Of a stretch of DNA of 64,000 bases, positions 37,341 to 45,471 are shown in pieces (positions within the stretch are counted from its first letter, which is position 1; each line of letters starts with the position of its first letter). The stretch covers positions 5,549-69,548 of the forward strand of contig JAMJQQ010000026.1 in assembly GCA_023554445.1 (NCBI GenBank). The letters are read 5' to 3'. Source of the stretch: Candidatus Carthagonibacter metallireducens (GTDB lineage: Bacteria > Gemmatimonadota > Gemmatimonadetes > Palauibacterales > Palauibacteraceae). The translations under genes were made by a program, and so were the position numbers. The notes under the pieces are model-generated. The model worked only from the letters and a program-made list of their open reading frames with translations. It searched no databases and was not told the DNA's origin.

Positions 37341-38180
37341 TCAGGCCACCGGTCGGTGACGTACCTCTACCTCGTGAATCTCCAGCAGCGGAGCCAGGAA
37401 CGCCTCGAGATCGAATACGCAGAGCTGGCTCGCCGCATCGCACAGTGCGCGAGCTGGATCGGGATGCGTTTCGATGAACACGCCGTCCACGCCGGCGGCG
37501 ACACCCGAGCGGGCGATGACCGGCAGAAATTCCCGAGCCCCCCCGGACGGGTCGGCACTCGGGATGCCATAGCGACGGATCGAGTGCGTGATGTCGAAGA
37601 CGGTCGGGAATCCCGTCTTCCTGAGGTGATAGAAGGCGCGCGGGTCCACTACGAGATCGTTGTACCCGAAGGTGTAGCCACGTTCGGTGAGGAGTATGCG
37701 TTCGTTGCCTCGGGCGAGAACCTTCTCGACCGGCCGCATCATGTTCTCGGGTGCGAGGAACTGACCGTGCTTCAGATTCACCACCCGGCCCGTGTCTGCG
37801 GCAGCGACCACGAGCTCGGTCTGCATGCACAGGTAGGCCGGGATCTGTATGACGTCCAGAACCTCGCCGGCCTTCGTCGCCTGATCCGGCGTGTGCACGT
37901 CGGAGAGGATGGGAAACCCGAAGTCCGTCCGGATTCGGTCCAGGATTCTGAGGCCCTCGTCGAGCCCGGGCCCCCGGTAGTAGTCCAGAGAACTACGGTT
38001 GTCCTTGGTGAATGACGACTTGTAGATGACCCCGACGCCCGTCGCGGACGCCACCCGTGCCAGCTCCTCGGCGGTGCGCAGCATCACGCTCTCATCCTCG
38101 ATCACGCACGGTCCTGAGATCAGGAACATACTCGCGCCACCGACATCGATGTTTCCGAGCTGGAACGTACGCGTCGCCAT
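37341..38180 (-). CDS. kdsA: 3-deoxy-8-phosphooctulonate synthase (Kdo8P synthase), metal-dependent class
   Basis: Aligns end to end with Aquifex KDO8PS: ISGPCVIED (Cys ligand), YKSSFTKDNRSS, IQIPAYLCMQTEL, FDITHS (His), FIETHPDP (Glu), ALCDAA (Asp). Confidence 0.93.
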   Translation of the reverse strand: MATRTFQLGNIDVGGASMFLISGPCVIEDESVMLRTAEELARVASATGVGVIYKSSFTKDNRSSLDYYRGPGLDEGLRILDRIRTDFGFPILSDVHTPDQATKAGEVLDVIQIPAYLCMQTELVVAAADTGRVVNLKHGQFLAPENMMRPVEKVLARGNERILLTERGYTFGYNDLVVDPRAFYHLRKTGFPTVFDITHSIRRYGIPSADPSGGAREFLPVIARSGVAAGVDGVFIETHPDPARALCDAASQLCVFDLEAFLAPLLEIHEVEVRHRPVA

Positions 38181-38182
38181 GC

Positions 38183-39271
38183 CTAAAGCCTCCGGAAGAT
38201 CGCCTCGAGGCGGTCCAGCGTGATCTCACTCTGCCAGTCGGGCCCGAGGGCGTGGTCCCACATGTGAGGCAGGCCGAAGGCGATCTCCGCCATTCGCCGT
38301 ACCTGCTCGTCGGTCCAGCCGTCCGACATCCCTGCAGGAAGGCTTATCGAGTGCTTTTCGACCATCGCTTCGAACTCGTCCACGCCGTGAGGATAGAAGT
38401 CGCGCAGCTGTCGGAATGCGACACAGTTGGCGATTCCGTGCCGCATTCCAAGAACATAGGAGAGCCCGTATGAGATGGCATGGCAGGCGCCCACTTCCGA
38501 ATAGGTGAGACTCAGACCCCCGAACAACGAGGCGACCATCAACTTCTCGTCGTTCGCAGGAGATCGCCCGGCGCCGTCGTCCAGGAAGACCTCGCGGCAA
38601 AGCTTGAGCGCTTCGTCACCGTAGGCCTGGCTGAACGTGTTGAAGTGCCGGCCGGTCTCGGCCTCGATACAGTGGATGAAGCAGTCCATCCCCGTGTAGA
38701 ACCAGTGGTCGGTGGGGACGCTTGCGGTGAGGTCCGGATCGAGGACGAGCTGGTCGAAAGGCGTCCATTCGCATTTGAGTCCGAGCTTCTTCTCCGGGCC
38801 CGTGAGTACGGCGGTCATCGACACCTCGGCCCCGGTGCCGGAGATCGTCGGGATCCCGCAATGCCAGACGCCCGGCCGCTCGACGAGGTTCAACCCCTGG
38901 TAGCGAGTCGAGGAACCTTCGTTCGTGAGCATCAGGGACACCGCCTTCGCGACGTCCATGACGCTTCCGCCGCCGATTCCCACGACTGCGGAAGGAAGAG
39001 CGCTCCGGGACAGGATGCCGTCGCGCAACTCATCCACCTGTTCCGTCTTGGGCTCCTCGTGACTTGCATCGAGGTAGTGAACCTCGTCGCCCGACTCGAC
39101 CGCGAGACGTGCTTCCAGCTCCCGACCTTCGAACCAGTCGTCCACGAGGTAGACCACCGTTCCCGTGCCACTCCGACGCACCGGCTCGAGGATCGATCCC
39201 AGCTGATCGAGCGCCCCCCGCCCGTAGACGATCTTCCCGACGTTACGGAAGTTCCTGTGCATGTCTCTCAT
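38183..39271 (-). CDS. Iron-containing alcohol dehydrogenase family oxidoreductase (candidate Kdo 8-oxidase, KdnB-like)
   Basis: GIGGGSVMDVAKA nucleotide/metal fold. Metal ligands in GMDCFIHCIE and ACHAISYG. ATGA overlap with the upstream aminotransferase. The family call is firm; the KdnB-like role is inferred from context. Confidence 0.7.
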   Translation of the reverse strand: MRDMHRNFRNVGKIVYGRGALDQLGSILEPVRRSGTGTVVYLVDDWFEGRELEARLAVESGDEVHYLDASHEEPKTEQVDELRDGILSRSALPSAVVGIGGGSVMDVAKAVSLMLTNEGSSTRYQGLNLVERPGVWHCGIPTISGTGAEVSMTAVLTGPEKKLGLKCEWTPFDQLVLDPDLTASVPTDHWFYTGMDCFIHCIEAETGRHFNTFSQAYGDEALKLCREVFLDDGAGRSPANDEKLMVASLFGGLSLTYSEVGACHAISYGLSYVLGMRHGIANCVAFRQLRDFYPHGVDEFEAMVEKHSISLPAGMSDGWTDEQVRRMAEIAFGLPHMWDHALGPDWQSEITLDRLEAIFRRL

Positions 39272-40473
39272 GCCCCCCCGCCCAGCACGGAAGCGAGGGA
39301 TTCCCGAAGGGATTCGCCGATCCTGTCCGTATTCTCGGGCTCCCAACTGCATCCGACACCTATCGACACGAGACGGCCGATCACTTCCTGCGCTCCGGGA
39401 AGCTCGAGCGCCCTGTAATCCTGCGGGCTGCCGAGTGAGTGAATCGCGAGCGGGGCGGCGGCGTCGAGGTTCTTTACATGGTCCCACTGGTTGATGAAGT
39501 GGTACATGTTGGTGAACCAGTAGTTGACCCCCGGAACACCTGCCGCGCGCATCGAGGCTACGGCCGCCTCGGCGCTCTCCGAATCAGGCAACAGCAGATT
39601 CAGAAAGGTGCCCGAATCCCCCTCCGGGTCGGGCATTCGGCGGAAATCGAGACCCGGAAGATCCTCGACTGCGTCCCTCAGCCGGGCCTTGTTCGCCCGC
39701 TTCGCGGATCGGATTCGTTCCAGCTTCCGCATCTGCGCAACGCCGACTGCCGCATGAAGCTCGCTGATTCTGTAGTTGAAGCCCACGATCGGGTGTTCTT
39801 CCATTCCCCGATTGTCTCCCACGTGGTCATGCCCGTGGTCCGCATAGCTGTCTGCGAGGCGATACCGGGACTCGTCATCGGTGACGAACACTCCGCCCTC
39901 ACCCGCCGTCGTGATCTTGAAGAAGTCGAACGAGAATGCGCCGGTGAGGCCGAACCGTCCTACGGATCGCCCGTGATACCAGGCTCCCAGTGCCTGGCCG
40001 GCGTCTTCGACCAGCACGAGATCCCGGTCACGGCAGAGCTCCAGCAGCGGATCCATGTCGGCGGCGGCCCCGCACATGTGCACGAGCAGAATCGCCTTCG
40101 TGTTCGGAGTCAGCGCCGCCCTGACGCTGGCCGCGTCGAGGCAGAGCGTATCGTCGATGTCCGCGAACACGGGGAGGCCACCGGCCAGCAGCACCGCCTC
40201 GATCGTCGCCAGGTACGTAAAGGGCGGCACGATAACTTCGTCGCCGTATCCGATTCCGGCCGCCGCCAGAGCGCAGGCAACGGCGGTCGATCCGCTCGAA
40301 ACGGCGAGGGCATGTCCGGCACCCGTGTAGTCGCAGACCAGGTTCTCCATCTCGCGCGCCTTCCAGCGGTCCATTCGTCGATCTTCGTGACCGTACCGGA
40401 AGAGGATGCCGGTCTCCAGCACCTCCATGACCTCCCTTCGCTCCTCGTCACCGAACAGTTCGGTTCCCGGCAT
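39268..40473 (-). CDS. DegT/DnrJ/EryC1/StrS-family PLP aminotransferase (candidate 8-amino-Kdo transaminase, KdnA-like)
   Basis: SSGSTAV, LVEDAGQALGA, and the PLP-Lys motif FSFDFFKITTAGEGG. First gene of the operon. The family call is firm; substrate is inferred from context. Confidence 0.7.
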   Translation of the reverse strand: MPGTELFGDEERREVMEVLETGILFRYGHEDRRMDRWKAREMENLVCDYTGAGHALAVSSGSTAVACALAAAGIGYGDEVIVPPFTYLATIEAVLLAGGLPVFADIDDTLCLDAASVRAALTPNTKAILLVHMCGAAADMDPLLELCRDRDLVLVEDAGQALGAWYHGRSVGRFGLTGAFSFDFFKITTAGEGGVFVTDDESRYRLADSYADHGHDHVGDNRGMEEHPIVGFNYRISELHAAVGVAQMRKLERIRSAKRANKARLRDAVEDLPGLDFRRMPDPEGDSGTFLNLLLPDSESAEAAVASMRAAGVPGVNYWFTNMYHFINQWDHVKNLDAAAPLAIHSLGSPQDYRALELPGAQEVIGRLVSIGVGCSWEPENTDRIGESLRESLASVLGGGA

Positions 40474-40683
40474 CGCGCGTCGCTCTCTTGCAGGTTGTCC
40501 ACGATCCTTACGGGTGACTCCCGTTCAGGCGAGAGAAGCTACGGGCGGCGTCGGGGAGCGTCCAGCGGGACGCCCGCGCTTGATCCTCGCGGTCCGGCAG
40601 CGCAACGTGCTCCACGTCAGGAGCCTCGGAACGGATCGGAAAGGCCGATTCTCTATCGAAGGAGAACATTGAGCAGGTTCACG

Positions 40684-41571
40684 ATGTCCAGGCGATTCGC
40701 TGCGGTGGTCGGTCTGGTAGCGGTCACCGCCGTGGGTGCTCCCGCCACAGGCATGGCACAGGTCGAGATTCCCCCACCGGTGGGCCTGGTCAACGACTTC
40801 GCGGAGGTCATTCCCCCTGCCGCAGAGGTGCGCATATCGGAGATCGTCGAAGAGGTGCGCGCGAAGTCGGGTGGAGAGATCGTAGTCGTCACGCTCCCCG
40901 ATCTCGGTGGCGTACCGCGGACCGAGCTGGCGCACCGGATCGGGAATGAATGGGGCGTTGGCAAGGCCGGCGCTCCCGGCGAGACGGGACGGCAGACGGG
41001 TACCGTGGTCCTCGTGATCCCGAAGGAGACCTCGACGGACGGACGGGGCCACATCGAAATCGCGCTGGCCTTCGGAGCCAACACGTTCATCACGGCGTCA
41101 GAATCGGGCCGGATTCGGGATCGCTACATGATCCCCGCGTTTCGGGAACAGGACTACGCTGCCGGGATCGAAGAGGGCGTAAGGGCTCTGGCCGGGCAGT
41201 ACGCTGCCGAGTTCGGATTCGACATCGACGGGGTGATTCCGCCGCCCGTGCTCCCGGCCGAAGGCGACGGCATTCCGCTGGGAACGATCATCCTGCTGCT
41301 CGGGCTCCTGTTTCTGATTCTCTATGCGATTTCGAAGCGGTCTCGGGGGGGGCGCGGCGGACGAGGAGGTCCCGGCTCGGGAATGGGTGGTGGCGGCCGA
41401 AGGGGTCCGGTGATCGTGCCGTTCCCGACGGGAGGAAGCTCCCGCGGAGGATGGGGCGGGTCGGGTGGCTTCGGCGGTGGCTTCGGGGGCGGCGGCCTCG
41501 GCGGGGGAGGCTTCGGGGGTTTCGGCGGAGGAGGGGGCTTCGGGGGTGGAGGTGCGGGAGGCAGCTGGTGA
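40684..41571 (+). CDS. TPM-domain protein (YgcG-like) with TM helix and Gly-rich tail
   Basis: Signal peptide. LVNDFAEVIP...IVVVTLPDLGG TPM core. TM helix LGTIILLLGLLFLILYAI. Tail GGFGGGFGGGGLGGGGFGGFGGGGGFGGGGAGGSW. Confidence 0.8.
   Translation: MSRRFAAVVGLVAVTAVGAPATGMAQVEIPPPVGLVNDFAEVIPPAAEVRISEIVEEVRAKSGGEIVVVTLPDLGGVPRTELAHRIGNEWGVGKAGAPGETGRQTGTVVLVIPKETSTDGRGHIEIALAFGANTFITASESGRIRDRYMIPAFREQDYAAGIEEGVRALAGQYAAEFGFDIDGVIPPPVLPAEGDGIPLGTIILLLGLLFLILYAISKRSRGGRGGRGGPGSGMGGGGRRGPVIVPFPTGGSSRGGWGGSGGFGGGFGGGGLGGGGFGGFGGGGGFGGGGAGGSW
41341..41568 (+). repeat. Low-complexity GGN/TTC codon repeat encoding the Gly-rich tail of the TPM protein
   Basis: Iterated ggcttcggggg / ggcggcgg units. 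They translate to GGFGGGFGGGGLGGGGFGGFGGGGGFGGGG. Confidence 0.6.
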
Positions 41572-41599
41572 GAGCAGTGGACGAGAAGGAGGCAGCCGG

Positions 41600-42340
41600 G
41601 TGAGCGCAACACGTGCTCTGGTAGCGAAGTCGGAGGTGGTGGACGGACTCGCAGCAGAATTCGGCGAGCGACTGAGATCGGTCGTCCTGTACGGGTCGGT
41701 ACCGCGCCAGGAGTCGATACTCGGCGTGAGCGACGTCAATCTGCTGGTCCTCCTCGACCGGGTGACGCTGGATGACCTGCGTCGGTTGTCGTCGATCGCC
41801 CGCCGGTGCGTGGACCTCGGGAGGGCGGCACCGATGCTGTTCGGCTGGGACGAGTTCCGGCAGTCGACCGATGCGTTCGCGATCGAGATGGCGGACCTGC
41901 AGGACGGACGCGAGATCGTCTACGGACAGGATCCCGTGGTCGATCTGGTCGTACCGCGAGAGGCACTGAGGCACCAGCTCGAGCACGAGATTCGGGCCCG
42001 GCATGCGCAGCTCCGGGAGGGACTGATGCTCGCGGCGCCGATTCCCGCTGCCGTCGGCGAGCTGCTCGAGCACGGGCTGCCGGCGTTCGTCTGCTATCTC
42101 CGGTCTATCCTGAGACTGGCCGGGCGCGAGGTTCCCTCCACGTCGGAGGACGTGATCCGGGCCGCCGCCAACCTCGTCGACGCCAGGCCAGACGCATTCC
42201 TGGATGTCTGGGGGGCCCGCAGGGCCGGATTCGTGCCCGAGATCGACATTGAGGATCCGCTCGTCGAGGCGTACATCGAGCTGGTGGAGCGGAGTATAGT
42301 CTGGGTCGACCAGACCGGAATCGACGCAACGAAAGGATGA
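41600..42340 (+). CDS. Nucleotidyltransferase-fold protein (ANT/KNTase-like N-domain + helical C-domain)
   Basis: LYGSVPRQESILGVSDVNLLVLLD fits the G-S-x(n)-D-x-D NTase pattern, but reads D-V-N. GTG 41600 follows GAAGGAGG. Confidence 0.6.
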   Translation: MSATRALVAKSEVVDGLAAEFGERLRSVVLYGSVPRQESILGVSDVNLLVLLDRVTLDDLRRLSSIARRCVDLGRAAPMLFGWDEFRQSTDAFAIEMADLQDGREIVYGQDPVVDLVVPREALRHQLEHEIRARHAQLREGLMLAAPIPAAVGELLEHGLPAFVCYLRSILRLAGREVPSTSEDVIRAAANLVDARPDAFLDVWGARRAGFVPEIDIEDPLVEAYIELVERSIVWVDQTGIDATKG

Positions 42341-42431
42341 GCGGGAAGCAGGAGCGAACGAGACGAGCGCCACCGCGTGTGCTCGCCAACAGCTATGGCC
42401 CCGGCGTGGGCCTGGAAGAAGGAGAATCTTG

Positions 42432-43049
42432 ATGAAACAGAGACACGCGGCAGGTCGCTTGCCACTGCTCGCCCTGGCGCTCAGCCTTCCACTCGGGGCC
42501 TGCGGATACAACACGATCCAGGAACTCGACGAGGGAGTTGAAGAGTCGCGCGGAAACGTCGAAGCGGAGCTGATGCGCAGGAACGACCTGATTCCCAACC
42601 TCGTAGCCACGGTGGATGAGGCGGCAGCCTTCGAAGAGAGAACTTTCACACAGGTCGCGGAAGCCCGGTCCGGACTGACCGAATCACGCGAGCGGCTGGA
42701 ACAGGCCGTTCAGGGTGACGCGTCGCTCGAAGAATTGAGCGCCGCGAGTGCGAGTGTGGCCGACAACTTGAGGCTGTTTCTCAACGTGTCCGTGGAGGCG
42801 TATCCGACCCTTACGGCCAACCAGAGTTTCCGGGCGCTGCAGGACGAGTTGACCGAGACCGAGAATCGGATCGCCTTTTCGCGTCGGACCTACAACGAAA
42901 CGGTCAGGAATTACAACACCTTCATCCGCCAGTTTCCGCAGGCGATCACCGCCTGGGTGATTCGCGCCAGGCCTCACGAGACGTTTTCTGCTCCTGCATC
43001 TGCGATGGATGCGCCCGCGGTGGACTTCGGCGGAACGTCGGACGGGTGA
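42432..43049 (+). CDS. lemA: LemA family protein
   Basis: N-terminal anchor/lipobox-like LGACGYNTIQ, RRNDLIPNLV, AYPTLTANQSFRALQDEL and YNTFIRQFP. ATG follows AAGGAGAA. Confidence 0.85.
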   Translation: MKQRHAAGRLPLLALALSLPLGACGYNTIQELDEGVEESRGNVEAELMRRNDLIPNLVATVDEAAAFEERTFTQVAEARSGLTESRERLEQAVQGDASLEELSAASASVADNLRLFLNVSVEAYPTLTANQSFRALQDELTETENRIAFSRRTYNETVRNYNTFIRQFPQAITAWVIRARPHETFSAPASAMDAPAVDFGGTSDG

Positions 43050-44998
43050 GGGCGGCTGGCATGAACAGGGTGACACTTCGCGCGCTCGTCTGTCTGTCGC
43101 CGGTCGCGCTGGCCGGACTCTCTACGCACGGCCCCGCGGCGCTCCATGCCCAGCAGAGCGAAGCCGAGCAAAGGGTGGCGGAACTCGCCGGGCGCTACGA
43201 GAAATCGGAACACCGCGTGGAGATGCGGGATGGCACATCCCTTTACCTGGCGCTCTACGAGCCGCGCGAGCGACGCGCGGAAGAGCTTCCCATCCTGCTC
43301 ACGCGCACGCCCTACAGCTGCAATCCATACGGGCCGGAGCAGATGCCGCCGCGGATCGGGCCCAATCGCCTGCTCGAGGATGAGGGTTACATCTTCGCCT
43401 GCCAGGACGTGCGCGGCCGCTTCCAGTCAGAAGGCACCTACGACAACATGCGGCCTCACGTGCCCGGTGAGCTGCCGATCGACGAGAGCTCCGATACCTG
43501 GGACACGATCGAGTGGCTGGTGCAGAACGTGCCGTCGAACAACGGCAGGGTGGGGATGTGGGGGATCTCGTATCCCGGCTTCTACGCGGCGGCAGCGCTG
43601 CCCGAAGCGCATCCCGCACTCGTCGCGTCGTCGCCCCAGGCGCCGATCGCCGATTTTTTCTTCGACGACTTCCACCATCACGGCGCCTACACTCTCGCCT
43701 ACTGGTTCATCACACCGGTCTTCGGCTACCAGCAGGACTCGCTGAACACCGGGAACTGGTTCCGATTTCCGACGCGCACCTCGCGGGACGGATACAAGTT
43801 CTACATGGATCTCGGACCCCTCGAGAATTCCGACGCCGTTTACGACTCCACCAACTTCTTCTGGCAGCAGCTGGTCGAACATCCCAACTACGACGAATTC
43901 TGGCAGGCACGGAACATCCTTCCGCACCTCCATGGGGTCGATCATGCGGTGCTCACGGTCGGCGGCTGGTACGATGCCGAAGATCTGTACGGTCCGCTCA
44001 ACATTTATCGAACCCTGGAGCGCGAGAATCCGGACATCGCCTACAACGGCCTCGTCATGGGTCCCTGGGGACACGGGGACTGGGCCCGCACCCTGTCCCC
44101 ACACGTGATTGGCGACATCGAGTACGGGGACGACATCTCGGGATGGTACCAGCGCGAAGTGGAAGCACCGTTCTTCCGCTACTGGTTGAACGGTGCCGGA
44201 GCCCCTCCCGAGTTCGACGCGCTGACTTTCGATACCGGAAGCAAGGAATGGCGGGCTTTCCCGGCCTGGCCGCCGGTCGAAGCAGACACCCGGACGCTCT
44301 ATTTGCGGGACGATGAGGTCCTGTCGTGGCAGGCGCCGTCAGCCGGCGAGGGTGAATTCACCGAATACGTGAGCGATCCGAACGAGCCGGTTCCTTACAC
44401 GGACGACATCCGGTTCGTGTTCACGCCGCGGCGATACATGAACGAGGACCAGCGCTTCGCCGAGCGGCGGCCGGACGTGATCGAGTTTCAGACCGAACCG
44501 CTCGAAGAGGAGCTGACGCTCGGGGGAGATGTCCTCGTCCGGCTGCAAGTCTCTACGACCGGCACGGATTCCGACTGGATCGTCAAGCTCATCGATGTCT
44601 ATCCCGATGATACGCCCAACGGTGAGCACACACCGGAAGGCGTGGTGCTCGGGGGATATCAGCAGATGGTTCGCAGCGAGATCTTCCGCGGTCGATTCCG
44701 CGACAGCTACGAGTTCCCCGCGGCATTCGTCCCCGGGGAGCGCACCGCGGTCGAGTTCCCGCTTCAGGATCTGCTGCACACGTTCAAGCCCGGGCACCGG
44801 ATCATGGTCCAGGTGCAGAGCAGCTGGTTTCCGCTGTTCGACCGGAACCCGCAGACCTTCGTGCCGAACATCTTCGAGGCAGAGGAGAAGCACTTCGTGA
44901 AGGCGACGCAACGAGTGTGGCACACCCCCGCTGCGGCCAGCCGGCTCGAGGTCAAGGTGCTGCCCCCCGGGTCGGGTCTGAAGATGGGGAGCGACTAG
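43046..44998 (+). CDS. CocE/NonD family hydrolase (S15 X-Pro dipeptidyl-peptidase-like), secreted
   Basis: TRTPYS, nucleophile elbow GMWGISYPGF, and a C-terminal beta-jelly-roll region. GTGA overlap with lemA; an alternative ATG is at 43061. Confidence 0.85.
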   Translation: MRAAGMNRVTLRALVCLSPVALAGLSTHGPAALHAQQSEAEQRVAELAGRYEKSEHRVEMRDGTSLYLALYEPRERRAEELPILLTRTPYSCNPYGPEQMPPRIGPNRLLEDEGYIFACQDVRGRFQSEGTYDNMRPHVPGELPIDESSDTWDTIEWLVQNVPSNNGRVGMWGISYPGFYAAAALPEAHPALVASSPQAPIADFFFDDFHHHGAYTLAYWFITPVFGYQQDSLNTGNWFRFPTRTSRDGYKFYMDLGPLENSDAVYDSTNFFWQQLVEHPNYDEFWQARNILPHLHGVDHAVLTVGGWYDAEDLYGPLNIYRTLERENPDIAYNGLVMGPWGHGDWARTLSPHVIGDIEYGDDISGWYQREVEAPFFRYWLNGAGAPPEFDALTFDTGSKEWRAFPAWPPVEADTRTLYLRDDEVLSWQAPSAGEGEFTEYVSDPNEPVPYTDDIRFVFTPRRYMNEDQRFAERRPDVIEFQTEPLEEELTLGGDVLVRLQVSTTGTDSDWIVKLIDVYPDDTPNGEHTPEGVVLGGYQQMVRSEIFRGRFRDSYEFPAAFVPGERTAVEFPLQDLLHTFKPGHRIMVQVQSSWFPLFDRNPQTFVPNIFEAEEKHFVKATQRVWHTPAAASRLEVKVLPPGSGLKMGSD

Positions 44999-45017
44999 AC
45001 CTTCGGCAGGGGAAGGG

Positions 45018-45425
45018 TCAGGCAGGGGGCGGGCCGCCGGGTTCGGTCGGCATACCGGATCCGGGCCGTCGCACGTGTCGGATCCATACTCCGCTGTAGA
45101 CGGCCAGATTGAACAGCAGCAGCAGGATGCCCAGCCAGATGTGCAGCCGATCCCAGTCGGCCGGATAGAGGATCGGGTCGAGGTAGCGCTCGAGGAAGCC
45201 TCCCTCGAATCCGGCCTCTCCGGCGCGGGCGCGGAGATTCCACTCCAGTGGGGTGAGCGGACAGATCCAGCCGACGAGCTCGATCCCGATCGCGTAGATC
45301 AGGACCGGAAGGTGAAGCCAGGCGAGGCGAGGCTTGAGGAGGACCATCAAGCCTCCGAGTGACGCGAATGCCGCGAATGCGAAGTGCGCGAGCATCACGA
45401 GGTCCGCCGCCAGCGACCAGCCCAC
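45018..45425 (-). CDS. DUF2784-like small membrane protein
   Basis: Four hydrophobic helices and a CPLTPLE motif. GTG start. Confidence 0.55.
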   Translation of the reverse strand: MGWSLAADLVMLAHFAFAAFASLGGLMVLLKPRLAWLHLPVLIYAIGIELVGWICPLTPLEWNLRARAGEAGFEGGFLERYLDPILYPADWDRLHIWLGILLLLFNLAVYSGVWIRHVRRPGSGMPTEPGGPPPA

Positions 45426-45471
45426 GTCCCGACTCCTTCCTCGAGATCTTCCGGCTACGGACCCCCGCGCC

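Noticed and set aside
35592-40473. Alternative reading of the operon as an aminoshikimate/aminoDAHP-like pathway (aminotransferase + oxidoreductase + HAD phosphatase + PEP-condensing synthase + transaldolase-type enzyme making erythrose-4-P)
   Set aside because: The synthase carries the KDO8PS-specific KSSFxKxNRSS motif and aligns along its whole length with KDO8P synthases rather than class I-beta DAHP synthases. The phosphatase aligns with KdsC. The oxidoreductase is Fe-ADH-type, not GFO/IDH/MocA-type. The idea is kept in mind as a fallback if Kdo assays fail.
41341-41568. Repetitive DNA that might be a CRISPR, VNTR or other array
   Set aside because: It is in-frame GGN/TTC codon repetition encoding the Gly/Phe-rich tail common in YgcG/TPM proteins. 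There are no spacers or regular repeat units.
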